In this document: positions 1 to 12,336 of the stretch, piece by piece
Position numbering within the stretch: position 1 is the first letter of the stretch
Layout of the letters: the number at the start of each line of letters is the position of its first letter
From: Marsupella aquatica
Taxonomy: Eukaryota > Plantae > Marchantiophyta
Length of the DNA stretch: 64,000 nucleotides
NCBI GenBank assembly: GCA_973895155.1
Contig: OZ316892.1
Span: 696,917 to 760,916, forward strand
Reading direction: 5' to 3'
Translations under genes and position numbers: made by a program
The notes under the pieces: model-generated
The model's input: only the letters and a program-made list of their open reading frames with translations
Databases searched by the model: none
What the model was told of the DNA's origin: nothing

Positions 1-2730
1 ATAAGCAGAAAAGAGGGTCTTGTTGTAGGCCATCACGGCCACAAAAAGTTTATTTGAGAGTTCGACAAACATGGAGGCCCATCTTGGCCCAATTCCACCT
101 ATTTGACTTAGTGTTATTTTTGTAAATCATGCTAGCATCCAATTTAGAATTTATCACCTTGAAATTGAAATGATATTCATTTTTCCAGTGAACGCAAAGA
201 CCTCAACCAAAGCCTCCCAAACCATTGCAAACGAGAGTCAGAGAAGAAAGCTAAAGCCACTTAGCGTTACAAGAAATAACATGATTGATTCCTTGCCCAA
301 TTAGACTCCAGGAATGCCCTTGGGGGTTCACTATTTAGGCACCTCACATGAGGTTTTTGGTGTACTCTTATCACTTAGAAAGTAAAGCAGCTCTAACAAT
401 CAAGCAATCATTAAAAGAGTTTGGACCCTTATTTGCATATAAATCTCCAGAAAGTCTTCCTCAAAGTCAAAGAAAAACTCTTTTTTATCCCAGATCTCTT
501 GCTTACTTAGCATGCTGAGGTCAAGGTTGATGTGTGATACTGGGAGCCTTTCACACTAGGTTACCTCTTGAAGGGTTTTGAGAAGAATCAAATCTGTAAA
601 AATAAATATAAAAACACTTCCAAAGAACAAAAGGGCCATTCATGGGACACCATCCCACTGGCCAAAGACCCAATCAAAGGGAGGCAACCAAAGTAAGGGC
701 CAAAAAGCCAAAAGGACCTTTTCAGGATTGGGGCATTTCTGACTTTTTCCACCAGAGAAAATCCAAGTGTCACTCATCTTACTAATAAATTACATGAGAA
801 GCTAGAGTTAGAGCTAGACTTCTAGAGTAAAGCCCAGTGACTTTAAAGGCCCACCAAATTTATGTGTATCCATTGGACGTTATGTATGTCAGAATGATGA
901 TCGTCCATGATAATTTTTGTCATAGTTTTTATTATCAACATATAAAGAATGGGCATTCAGGGTCATTAGTCTAAAGATAGCAAGGCAAACTAAAATCTTT
1001 TGAAACGTTCCAAGGAAAATCTTTTGAAACGGAAAGACTTTTGTGATATTTCTCTTTGTATTTTTGAGTGCATATTAAGTTCCCATACAGACTCCCTTCT
1101 TTTGAGGAGGGCATTATGTGAAGTATGACAAAAATAGGAAAGGTAAAACCCAAATATAGTGTTACCAAATAAAATAACATAATAACTTGTATCAAAATCA
1201 CATTTTTTTTTAAAAATGTCTTTCATGCCTTTGGCCAATTGCAGGCCCTTTTGCTGGATTTTCTATTCAGAGATTCACTTTTTCTTGTTTAATACCCAAA
1301 AATCACTCTCAAGTTTTTACATACAATGTACTAGTTACTGGCATTATGAGAATAATGCCCTCAAAACTTTGGCTGCCACCCTAGTTTTTCAGGGCATTAT
1401 ATCTCATAGTGCCCTCTAACCAGGACATTATCCTATTCAAAACTCCACAAATGCAAGTCCGTGAAAGCCAAAAGTTTGGAAATGTGGGCATTTATGACTT
1501 TTCTTCACCAAAGCCAACTGGAATTTCACTTTCGGTTCTACATATACTGAATATGGGGGCATTTATAGCTCTTTGTCACCAAAGCCAACTTACTGGAGTT
1601 TCACTTTTTATTTCCTTAGATTTAATGTTGTCCGTCGTGCAATCGGTGGCTGCAGGTTTGCTGCCCGCAGACTAAATACAAATACAAGAAAACTGCCACT
1701 CTTATCGTCCATCAGGTTGTGGGCTGGTAGTGGTGCGCGAGAGTGGGGCCACAGAGATACTAGGTTTGCCCGCTAGTATTTGATCTGAGGAAATTGTCTC
1801 CAGCATCAACCCGAGCATATCACTCAAAAGGAAACAAACAACTCCAGTTGGTTCATTGAATCATTGAATTGACTAGCCCAACAACTACTGTAGCATTCTA
1901 TAGTTTACAATGTAACTTTCGTTTGATTGTTTGAAATCCTTGGCTAAATGACACCAGTTTGTAACAACAGAGGGATGACCAATGTATGATAGACACAAGA
2001 CCAATTATATAGCTATAACTTTCTCTTTATGAGGCGTGCACTTGTGTAAATGATCCCATTCTACTAATCAAATATTTGTCTTCTTTACTCTCACTTCCAA
2101 ATTATCCTAGCCAACACCCAAAGCTTCATTTATCTTACAGATTTTGTTTGTGTTACTTGATGGCATGATTAGGTCAAGCCAAACTCTTTTTACTCATGTA
2201 TCTCTCACTACTGCTTGTCCTTCATCACATTATTGCACCTCCTACATGCGGGCCTACATGCTGTGACAAGATCATGCCCTTACCTCTCATGGATGATTTG
2301 GGGTGGGAACTGATTGAAAAACTAAGACTAAGTGGGACGGAGACATCTAACTCTACCTGCAGCTCAGAATTACTAATTTGGCGAGATCAAGCTGCATACC
2401 ACTGCTGTCAACAACATTCTCCAACTTACTACCATTGTTATTCTTTGTTGTTGCCTTGTGATTACCTGCCCAGATATTGTGTGGTGCAGGAGACTTCACT
2501 TGTGATCCAAAATCTTGAATTGTTAGTGGGCACTACCTTGTGTTCAAATGATGGTTGGACATAACCTTGCACGCCAGAATTCCAATTGGTGGTGACAACC
2601 ACCTATGGTTCCATTGAGGGTTGAATGTAAGATTGAAACCCAAAAATTCCAATTGGTGGTGGGACTACAAATGGCTGCAGTGCGGTTCAACAAAAAGTTG
2701 TAATCCAAAGTCTTCAATCCATGTTGAGAA

Positions 2731-3907
2731 CTACTCATGGGTCCATTTATGGCCGAATATAAACTCGCACTCCAGATCTCCATCATCTCGAAGGTCTGTG
2801 GCATGTATGGCATTTTTCACCTTGCTCACTCCAAATCAAGCACAAATGCTTTCGGGCCTGAGTTGACGTGCAATTACTGGATCTGTTGGTCCACAGAGGT
2901 CCCAAATTAAAGCTTTTAACAGGATTTTGACCTGTCTCCTTGCTGGTGATTTCCAGGGCAACTATATCCCCTGATCAAAGCTCGTGGGTCATTGCATAAA
3001 AGTCTTGTCTGAACAACATCCTTGTAGACCTCATAAAACTCCTATGCACTAGCACGAGAAAATACCTCATTTCCTTTCCATGGCTGTAATGTCAAACTTC
3101 TCCTGAATGACTCTGATCACACATCCTGCAGCACATGCTGCTACTGCGTGGGGTTTTATGATGCCAAGAGTACAATTGCTCATTCTTGCACAAGGGGCAT
3201 AGCTTCGATCGGCAAAGAAGTGCAACCCTTCCAGCCGAGCAGTCTCATAAGAGGCAGCAGCATGGACAGCATTCCTAGTAATGTCGATCCCAAATTGTGC
3301 ATGGAGTGAGCTTGGCGCCTTCATCCTGGCCACTTCCACGGAGGCAGGACTTCCATTTGCCAATTGCATCCTTAGCCACCAGCTCCATCGCAACACAAGG
3401 TCCACTGGCCATGTGTCTTGTCAAGTCATCAAAAAAGGGTTTGTTGTCATGCTCTTTGTAAAAATCTCAGGCTTGGCCTAGTGACAATTGGCACATCCAC
3501 AATTGCTTTATTAGGAGGCCATTGCAGCAGATTGCCTCTATGATTTTTCCCATGTGTTCAACTTGTCGGGCTTAATCATCGCGATTGTCCTCTCTTGAAG
3601 CTGTTCAAGATTCCTCCTGGTGAACTCATCTGCGTAATCTTCGATCAGAAGGAGCCACGTGTAGACAGAAATCACTGATCCCACAAAGTTGCTCCAAAGT
3701 CAAATCTGGAAACGCAATTCTCCTGAGGAACATTCCCGCATTCTTGATGTCATACATCTCAATCAAATTATCGAAAGTGTAGAACATGAGTTGATATTTC
3801 CACACAACACCGCTCATGGGATCTTTCCATTGCACATTGAATGCAAAACGTGCTCCATCATTCTTAGTCTCAATCTCTTGGAAACTACCATTACCGTTAC
3901 AGCCCAT
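2731..3907 (-). pseudogene. NME7: Nucleoside diphosphate kinase 7 (NME7/NDK7-like) pseudogene, intronless, frameshifted
   Basis: DM10-like N-terminus (RFAFNVQWKDPMSGVVWKYQLMFYTFDNLIEMYDIK). NDK domain A (ERTIAMIKPD, SGPCVAMEL, FGIDITRNAVHAA) and NDK domain B (CTLGIIKPHAV, LCGPTDPVIARQLRPESI, KNAIHATDL..DGDLECEFIF). Spread over several frames with stops; terminal TAG at 2731-2733. Confidence 0.88.
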
Positions 3908-5620
3908 GATACCAGCATGTGCTCAACTTTAATTCTTTGAATATCTTGGATCGTGCCCGAGGAGGAGTCTGTCCCTCTTCGATCAAATAACACATTCACA
4001 GGCAAACCTAATCATTCATTCTCATTGAAGACTCCAGCCACTGCATTCGAGCCATTCAACGGATCCTACTGTGTTACCCTTGAAATTCCAATTGCATTTG
4101 TTATCCAAGCTCTTCAAGATCAACACGCGTCTTATAAAATTGTCTTCATTGGCTGAACTTAAAGTTCAGCTTTGTGGTGGGAGCCCAAAATGGCTCCAAA
4201 CTTTTTTTCTGCGCGTAAGTTTTCTCCACATACGTTTTCTCCACATATCCTTTCTCCACATACATATAGAGGCACACAAATATACTTTAGTCACAATATA
4301 CTCATTCTAACACTCTTTAGTTTGTATGGAGTACTCAAGATCAAGACAAATTGGAGTACACAGAGTATATTGTATTCAACACAAATGAAAGTACATTAAA
4401 TGTTCCCCCCTCAATGTACATGTGTACTTGATTCTCTCACCATTTAATGTCTTTATCTTTTAGTTATCAGAATTTCTTAATGCTTTTATATATCTCCCTT
4501 TGGGACCAAAGTCACCTTGAAAAGGTACGACTATTAAAAGGGCTTCCTTTTTGTTTTTGGGTGAAATTGGTCACCTCGAAATGATTTTTAAAGGGGCTTC
4601 TTTTTTTTAGAAAAAACGATGAGTAAGGAGCATGCCCTATGGTTGATCTCATTATTTTATTTTCTTTGAGAATTAAAACAGATAGAGAATCAAGGGTATT
4701 TTAAAGAATGGGAAAATAAAAAAGACAAAAAGAGACATTTTTATTTTTTGGCCCGGATGGAGGATTACTTTAAGGGGAGAAATAATAAGGGTTTAAAGAA
4801 TTTTTTCTTTAATTGCTGAGAGGTTTAAGGGTATTTAAGGGAGAGATTTTCAAAATGGTCTTTGTTTATATTTTTTTCTTGCTAGAGGGGGCAGACACTA
4901 GTTGAGTGTATCGAACAAGCTAACCCCTATTCTATCTTAGAAGTGGGGAGCGATGGATGGTTTAAGGGTCTTTTAAGGGGAGGAACAATAAAGACAAAGA
5001 ATGGAGAGATTTCAGGTTTTATAAATCTTTCCTTTTTCTTGCAAGAGGGGGGTCAACATCAAAACAAAAAATGTGTTTTTATTCCTTTTGTGGACTTCTC
5101 ACTCATTTTTCAACATAGATATAGATTTTTATTTGAGTAATTCTAGAAGAATGGGTGGGTGTGCTTTTAATTAGGTTAGGTATGATATTAATTAGTCGCT
5201 AATGAATTTAGGTATGACATTAATTATGAACTTAGAGATGATTAGCATAAAAAGGAGAGTCTCTTAGTTCATTCTCCTCATTCTCTTCTCTTCTCCTCTC
5301 ATTGCTTATTCTTTTGCCTTTTTTGGCCAAAGTGACCTCATAGGCATTTGCTGGGGCAAGCGGCGCCATAAGCGTTGATTGCAACCTACCATTTGCCTAG
5401 GTGGTCATGGAGGGACGCGCTCGATCATTAGGGTCGTTCATAGGTAGTTTTCTATCGTATTCTCTTGGACTAGTGTGAGTTTGCTCTAGCCGGTGGTAGC
5501 AATGACCTAGGCATTTGCTACAGACCTGCCTATAGTCACTTAATCTAGTACATTTGGATGCAACTCTTTTTTGTTGGAGATATACTTTGGCTTTGTGTTG
5601 TCATCGATGGAGTGTTCTCG

Positions 5621-5756
5621 ATGCATACAATGCTTGTTGCTTGAGAAGTATTTTGCCTACGAGCGTGTTCATCCTTTAGATGCTGGTCAATGCATACAAT
5701 GCTTGTTACTTGAGAAATATTTTGCCGACGAGCGTGTTCATCCTTCAGATGCTGGT
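5621..5756. repeat. Tandem duplication, ~69-bp unit x2
   Basis: atgcatacaatgcttgtt...gagcgtgttcatcctt.agatgctggt at 5621 and again at 5690. Confidence 0.85.
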
Positions 5757-6904
5757 TTGTATATACATCAACGAAAGGTTGACGATGAGAGGAGAAAAAG
5801 ATTAAATTATTTATGATTTATTTCAGATTAGGTGGTGGACGATTTAGGGTTAATTTAGGTTAGTCTTTTAGATACATTTAGGTTTTGATACATTTTTTTC
5901 TCTTATCAAATAAAAATTACATGTATGAATTCTATTTCAAACTTATATTATTTTGAGGTATCATATTATAATGAATTATCTTTTCCTTGTATTTATTAAT
6001 TTTTCTCAAATCTAAATGCAACCCCAACTTATCATGTTTTTGTACTATTGCAAGTCGAATTTGGGTCAAAGCATTTCAGGACCCGAGTTTTGAACCTGAG
6101 ACCTCCCCCTCACGAGAGTGATCACTATACTAATGAAACATTCATGTATTGGTGACAATAACTAATCACTCACAAATTATAAAGAGTAGTTCAGTTTTTG
6201 TGACCAAACCCCTTTGGTCACGGGCATTTTATTTATAGCTGTTAAAGAACAACATTTCGGACAACATGAGAAAGTTGGCAAAGCAGAAATCTTAAATTAT
6301 CAGACTAAGTTTTGTGGGTCAAGGAGCCAGAGGATGAAAACTGCATCAAGCTCCTTTCTCATGATACTCATGACGATTCAGAATTCTTTACCTACCCGGT
6401 CATTGTGTCGCCATGTCTGTAGTAACAGAGTTTGACAACACTATCAGGCCGTGTCTTTGATTCATTCAAACACTAATTTCCACAGAGAAATTGTGGGTCA
6501 TTAGGTACTGCACACGAGAGGATCTTCAGAAACAATCATAGGCTTTGCACTCGGGGGTTGCATTTGCGCAAGGATGGCTTCAGACTCGTAATGTAGACAT
6601 CATTCGCTAGATTCCCTGCGCACCACGAGGTCATGCATGTCCACCCGAGGCACTGTAGCTCACCTGTCCTAGTGGGACTGTTGAAGGCCCCGTAAAGCAT
6701 ACCCCGGTAAACTCTAGTTTTTCTTAGCGCTCCTGAAGCGGTCCAGCTGAATACATGCATACAGTTTTCCCTAAATGGCACATTATAGGGTGAGTTAATG
6801 TGCTTAGCCAAAAGTGAAAATAGAAGGGAGCAATGCGTTAAGGAAATGAATGAGCCTCAAAATCATGTACGGGAAGAACGGCCGTAAGGAGTTGACAAGT
6901 TCTA

Positions 6905-7715
6905 TCAACTCCACATTACCGTAAGTTCTATAAGCCCCAAGCAGGGCTGTCCAAGTTACTCCATTTGATTCAGTTGGCATGTCTATAATGCATGTCTATA
7001 ATGAACAGCTTGTTGGCATGTCTATAATGCATGTCTATAATGAACAGCTTTACTTCCTCCTAGTGTCCAAGAAGATCACTATGCAGTTATTTTGCACATT
7101 GTCAGGCTTGATGCCACAATCTCGCATCATAGCTAAAGAACGTCTGCGGCCGTCATCAACAAGGCTTGCACGACAACAGGCGGAGAATATTAATCGAACA
7201 TTAATATTACCACGAACGAAGCCCTGGAACTCCTTCTGTTTCGAACAAATTTGCAAAGCATATGTGTACGAGTCTGTAGTAATGCGTAGTTGTCGACAAT
7301 TCTGCAAAACAGCAATTGCTTCACTCGTGGTACCAGCGCTATGCATGTGCGTACTGCCATTCCCTTGCGCAAGAGTCTCCGGTTGCTCCTCCTCCTCTCT
7401 GGACCAAGTTCCCTGCTCTCGAATTTCCAACACATCGTTGGCTTCTATAAAAGATTGTACATACACTGTTCAGCTCGGGTCCCTGGTGGAATCAAGTTGA
7501 ATGCGTCCTTAAACTTTTCCTTCGGCAATGGCCTCCGCTGTTTCAGCTCTGGCGTCTTCATGAAAAACAGTTTGGAAATGCTTCACACAAAAACGTCCAT
7601 TTTGTAAGTTAGTTTCCAGAAGAAGCACCCGCGGCGGCTGATGCCTGACAAAATTGAAAAATTACAGTTCAGAAGTTATAGAGGGGTGGAAAACGGGGCA
7701 CTGCTCCACGCTCGA
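6905..7715 (-). pseudogene. Internally deleted PPR(-DYW) pseudogene, paralog of the gene at 46161-48533
   Basis: Nucleotide similarity to 46720-46950 (ctccacattaccgtaagttcta..), 48220-48300 (HSA.TTSEAIAVLQN) and the upstream region 48910-49155. Most PPR repeats and the DYW domain are missing. Confidence 0.85.
6973..7050. repeat. Nested tandem duplication (39 bp x2, each containing 13 bp x2)
   Basis: gttggcatgtctataatgcatgtctataatgaacagctt occurs twice in tandem. Confidence 0.9.
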
Positions 7716-8203
7716 GTCAATAAACCTTCATCATCGTCATCTTTCTCGTCATCTTTCTCTCCGCTGACTCCCTCCACCTCTTCGTTCGCCATGCCGCTTC
7801 TCGACGACCGACGCTGGCTCCCCACTTTCCCCTTTCACCCAGTCCAATCCGCCCCAAATTCAACCCAATTTAAATTACTTCAATCCAACTCTATCGGGCC
7901 CGTGCGCTAGCTCGATCTCCAGCTCGCATTCGTTGACACTCCTCAAGCTAATGATTAAACCCAACAGCATTTTCTTCAGTCAGACCTCACAACTCTCATC
8001 CGCCTAGTCCTCTCAGACATGTGAGGACTCGCCTTCACTAACCCTTCCATTGCTACGTCTGCAGCCATCTTCCCATCAATTTCATTTCTTCCCCTTCGTC
8101 CGCCGCGTTGCCGCACCGTACTGTTGGTTGCTCTACGTCAATGTCACCAAGGTGATTGCAGTGGCTGTGGTAGCGAGGAGGAGGAACCGTGAGAAGGCGC
8201 CAG

Positions 8204-8270
8204 CGTTAAACCCTGACCTGTCACTCGAATTCAGTCGTTAAATCCTGATCTGTCACTCGAATTTGATCGC
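8204..8270. repeat. Tandem duplication, ~32-bp unit x2
   Basis: cgttaaa(c/t)cctga(c/t)ctgtcactcgaatt occurs twice. Confidence 0.75.
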
Positions 8271-9379
8271 ACAAAGCTTGACCCGTCACATAGAGTGCAG
8301 TTGGAATTTAGAGCGCTCTTGCATGTTAAAATGGCCTCGAAAAAATAATTCGAAACTGCCTTGGTGTACCTTGTTAGGGCAAGAGCGATTTGTGGTGGCT
8401 TTATGCTAATTCTAAGGAGCAGTTTGGGGAGGCAACCCTCTTCACGACCAAAGCCTTCCTTCCTGAATTTTTTTGGCTTACTTGTTTGTAGGTGAAGAGT
8501 TATGTTTATCGAGAGTTGGTCAACTAGTTTGTAGGCAAACAGTTTTAGCAAGAGTTGTTCGGCTAGTTTGTAGACAAAAGTTAGGCAGTTTTAGGACCAA
8601 TTTTTTAAGGACAGTTACATGCAAGAGGTGGCTCTTAGGAGAATACTTTTCTGACCTTGGCTAAAAAATCAATGTTTCATGCACCCGTTGCACCAACAGG
8701 AATGTCTCTGGTGACTTGAGATTCCTCACAGGGCAATTGAGATACTCCATTCGTTTCTCAATATAGCGACTTCAAAATTTCAGTAGAAGATTGAGTTTTC
8801 CCTCAGCCAACACTCCCATAAGTGAAGACCCAAACCAATTGCAAGTCTGACCAGTCAAACAAGCACACAGCCTAGTATTCAAAGCGCTCGTGTTATAAAG
8901 AAGTCTCGACAAACTTCAGAGCCAGTCTTTGATCGAAGGACGCCACTGATTTCTTAAGTCCTTTACTAACTAGCTCCTATTAGGAAGAAATCCTGCACAA
9001 GAAGGAACAGTACCTCTGTCTTTTGAAGAATCAAATGTACAATGGTCATTATTGTATTTGGCAAGTCCTCGTAGGTCCCCTCCAGTAGATGGAATGATCG
9101 ATGAGCTCGAGATAATCTGGAATACCAAACTCCTTGTTTTGTTTTTAGCGACAGGGTTAAACTTACATTGCTTCTTCCACTTTTGGACGGAGTGGCTACG
9201 TTTTGTACCAACATTATTGTGATTGTGTTCGGGCAATAACATAACCTCTGGTTGTTTCGCTACCCGTACACCAACTTACTGCAATATGATCACCCCGTCT
9301 GCGGACTTCAAAAGCATTACCGTAAACAGTTCTGCTGTAAATTGTGGGTGATTGCTGTGAGATTCTCGAGTTTGCGGGC

Positions 9380-9691
9380 TTGAATGTTTGAATCTTTGGA
9401 TGCACGGACCCCGCAAATTGTTCCTGTGGGGGTGTTATCCTGTACAGTAGCTCCCCCCGAGGGACAGGCCTAACGCGTAGGGCTGTGGCAGAGGGGTGAT
9501 CCAGAGGCGGGACAGATTAGAAAGGAATTTTGTGTTCCATTGCGAAGACCATAATCATGGCCATGGGCAAATGGACAGACTGGGCCAGTGGGCCCGTAAC
9601 GATATGATCTGAGGATATCGGAACACCAGGACAAGATCGTCTTGCGGACAAGATCATCTTGCGTAAGAGGGGTGAAGAAATTCATTGCCAT
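9380..9691 (-). pseudogene. Possible degenerate tandem CCCH zinc-finger gene fragment
   Basis: RKTILSWC...CPFAHG...LR resembles the KTxLC...CxFAHGxxELR finger; a second CPSGGSYCTG*HP motif follows with in-frame stops. Confidence 0.3.
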
Positions 9692-10067
9692 GGCAGCCGG
9701 AATCTGCTGTTGGACTCCTCACCCTACTAGCTGTTTCACGATTGCAATTTGCAGGGGCGCCGAGCAATCCTGGCAGCCGTCGACTTCATGTGAGTGTTTC
9801 TGGAACTTAAAAGAGGTTTAGATGTGAACCCAGCGAATCATCGACGGTAAGCTGTAGTTGTATCCTGCTTGCCTCCGAGGTGTACTGCATCGTTGCCGTC
9901 TTTTCGGAATGGGTCTATTGATTCCTTGAACGGAAAGGAAATTTAATGGCAAATCTTGTTTGGCGGATGCAAGTGGAATCAAGCTATTGTGAAGAATAAA
10001 CCTTCGCTGCAGCTTCAAGTTTGCAAATTGTCCAGAGTTCCGTTCTGAGGTAAGACATTGCTTTGAT

Positions 10068-10902
10068 ATGCGCCCTTCGCATACAGGTGGAGTCCGTACA
10101 GCATTAGGAGCTGACGCCCATCTGGTGCGACACCAAGCGGCAGGGCAAAAGACAAGTACTTCTACTGACCGCAGTTGTGGCGTTCTTCTCCGGAATGCAT
10201 TCAGTCATCGCCAAAAGGTTCGTAAATGTCACGCAGCTCCTCGTTCTCTCGATGGTACCGGGTAGTGGTTCTCGTAGACTCGATTGTTGGTGCCAGGATC
10301 AACCATGATCGGCATCCGAGCTGTTCCGTGGTTACCGGTGAGAGCAATTGTAACAGAGACAGGAGAGAACTTGAAATGGATAGAAATACTCTCAACTTTC
10401 AGGCTGAGAAGGTCAAGTAGCCGGATAGCCAGCATAAAGTTCGAAACCACGCGTAATGGATATGCCGATGATTAATTTCTTATCAGATCAAAATTGTTAA
10501 CATTCGCGCTCGTGAGAGTTTGTTTGCATTGTACACAATCCAGGTACTCGGCCTTGATTTATCTTTTCTCAGGCAAGTTGTGAAGCCAGGAACTAATCTC
10601 TTAATTGTTACCCTGCGGAGAAGATTCTTCCGCATGGAGGGCGGTCACTGCTGTACGAAGATGTGGTGGAATATGTACTGATGGAGCCAGGTGAGGATGA
10701 GCAATTTGTGACCCTCGAGGAGTTGCAGGCGAGATTAAAGTCATGGCTGATGAAGTGGCCGGCAAACGAACTCCCAAACGATCTCCAGCAGTTCGAAACT
10801 TTGGACGAAGGAGTGATCTATCTCATAGATTCCGCTTGTGAGCTGGATCTAGGCGGAGGTTTGGGCTCCCTTCAGTGGTTCCAAGTCAGGTTAGAGGCGT
10901 AG
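10068..10902 (+). CDS. CRR7: Chlororespiratory reduction 7 (CRR7)-like NDH complex assembly protein; 5' exon structure uncertain
   Basis: 10663-10902 encodes YVLMEPGEDEQFVTLEELQARLKSWL..WP..LPNDL..F.TLDE.V.YL..SACELD....GSLQWFQVRLE. A candidate transit-peptide exon lies at 10068-10217 (S/T/R/A-rich, AAG|GTTCGT donor). Confidence 0.75.
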
Positions 10903-12336
10903 AGCTTGACCTGCCGCAGAAACAGGTTCTTGACGGAAGTTGGCCGATTACTTAAATTGCGAATATCTTCATGGTCGGAACTTGCACAGAGCAGGATGAC
11001 CTTGGACTATGTCATAATACGATTTGTTCAGAATAGCAAATTCGTTGACAAATGAATCTTAGGCTAGGGTGTATGACGAGGTCATCGGGTACAATAGGAG
11101 ATCCACTTCGTTAGTTGACAAATAGACTTTTACAATTGCTCAGCACTTTAAAAAGAACATGGAATATTCTTTTCTTAGAGGAGGGTGTCATCGTCATTCC
11201 CTCGCTTAGCTAAGTCTGTCGGTCCGACTGAAATCAAAGTCCGTTCTTTTGTGTAAATCGTTGTTTCTGTTTCCAATAATCGACTTGACAACTAAGCTCC
11301 ACAACATCAGACAACCGTTCATGGATAAAAATTGACATTGTGCTCTGTTGCACGTATGATGGTCATGTTGAGAAAGGGATCATATCGACGAAACACAAGC
11401 GTCGTACCATATTGATTGCACTACACTTCGTGAAACATTTTTATCACAGCAAGAAAGCCTTCCTATTGAGCTCGAGCACTTTCTATCTCGAGAATTAGGA
11501 ACCTCGAACACGCAGAATGGCCACTAACCGGATTGCGAAGTCATTTTCTTCAAACCTATCCTTACCTGACCAGTGATCCACAAAAGACTGAATTAGTGAG
11601 TTATGGAGTGAACCCAAGTTCCACATTCCCCGGAAGTAGGAACTTCTATGTATCTCGGAAGTGTCACAACTTTCTGTTAGCAATGGCCACTCAGCTGTCC
11701 ACAAAGGTTTCGGAAATGCCACTTTTTAGATCAGTATCATTCTGACGTTTGGGGCTCAGGGATGGTGCCTGGGCCACGCAAGCTGAGAGTCAGACCATAC
11801 TTAGCAAACTTTATCCCTTCTTATTGGAGTGGCTTCCGCTAAGTGTTCGCAAGATGACAGACCTTAATGGTGCCCATAGCTGAGGAAAACGGACGTGAGA
11901 AGATACACCACATGGAAAGCTCAGCAGATGTGGTCGATTCAGAAAATTCGTACATTCAAATCGAGAATAAGTGCCAATATTTCACTCCTGAATTTTCTTT
12001 TGGCATCTTAACATTACACGGCTGGATAGATCCTCTCGGGACAGCAGAACTTTAACGAGTGTGGAAGGAAGTTTTGAGATTGCTTGAAATCATTAAGAGG
12101 ACGACCTGAACGAAGCCACATGTTCCACAGTATATTAATAATGTACAAAATGAAGTATTAAAGAAAGTTTCTATGCCTCGATGAATTGAGAAGACTGTAT
12201 CACTTTACTACTAATGACTTTCTCTAGATAGTGTACAGGTTACCGGTATGTAAACTCTTCAGTGTGCAATTGCCATGACTTAGCACCAACCAAGAGTTTG
12301 TTGCCCTTCTATACACACGACTCGTACGAAATACAT

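Noticed and set aside
5840-5885. Interstitial telomere repeat (tttaggg-like)
   Set aside because: Only one exact unit plus degenerate matches in AT-rich DNA.
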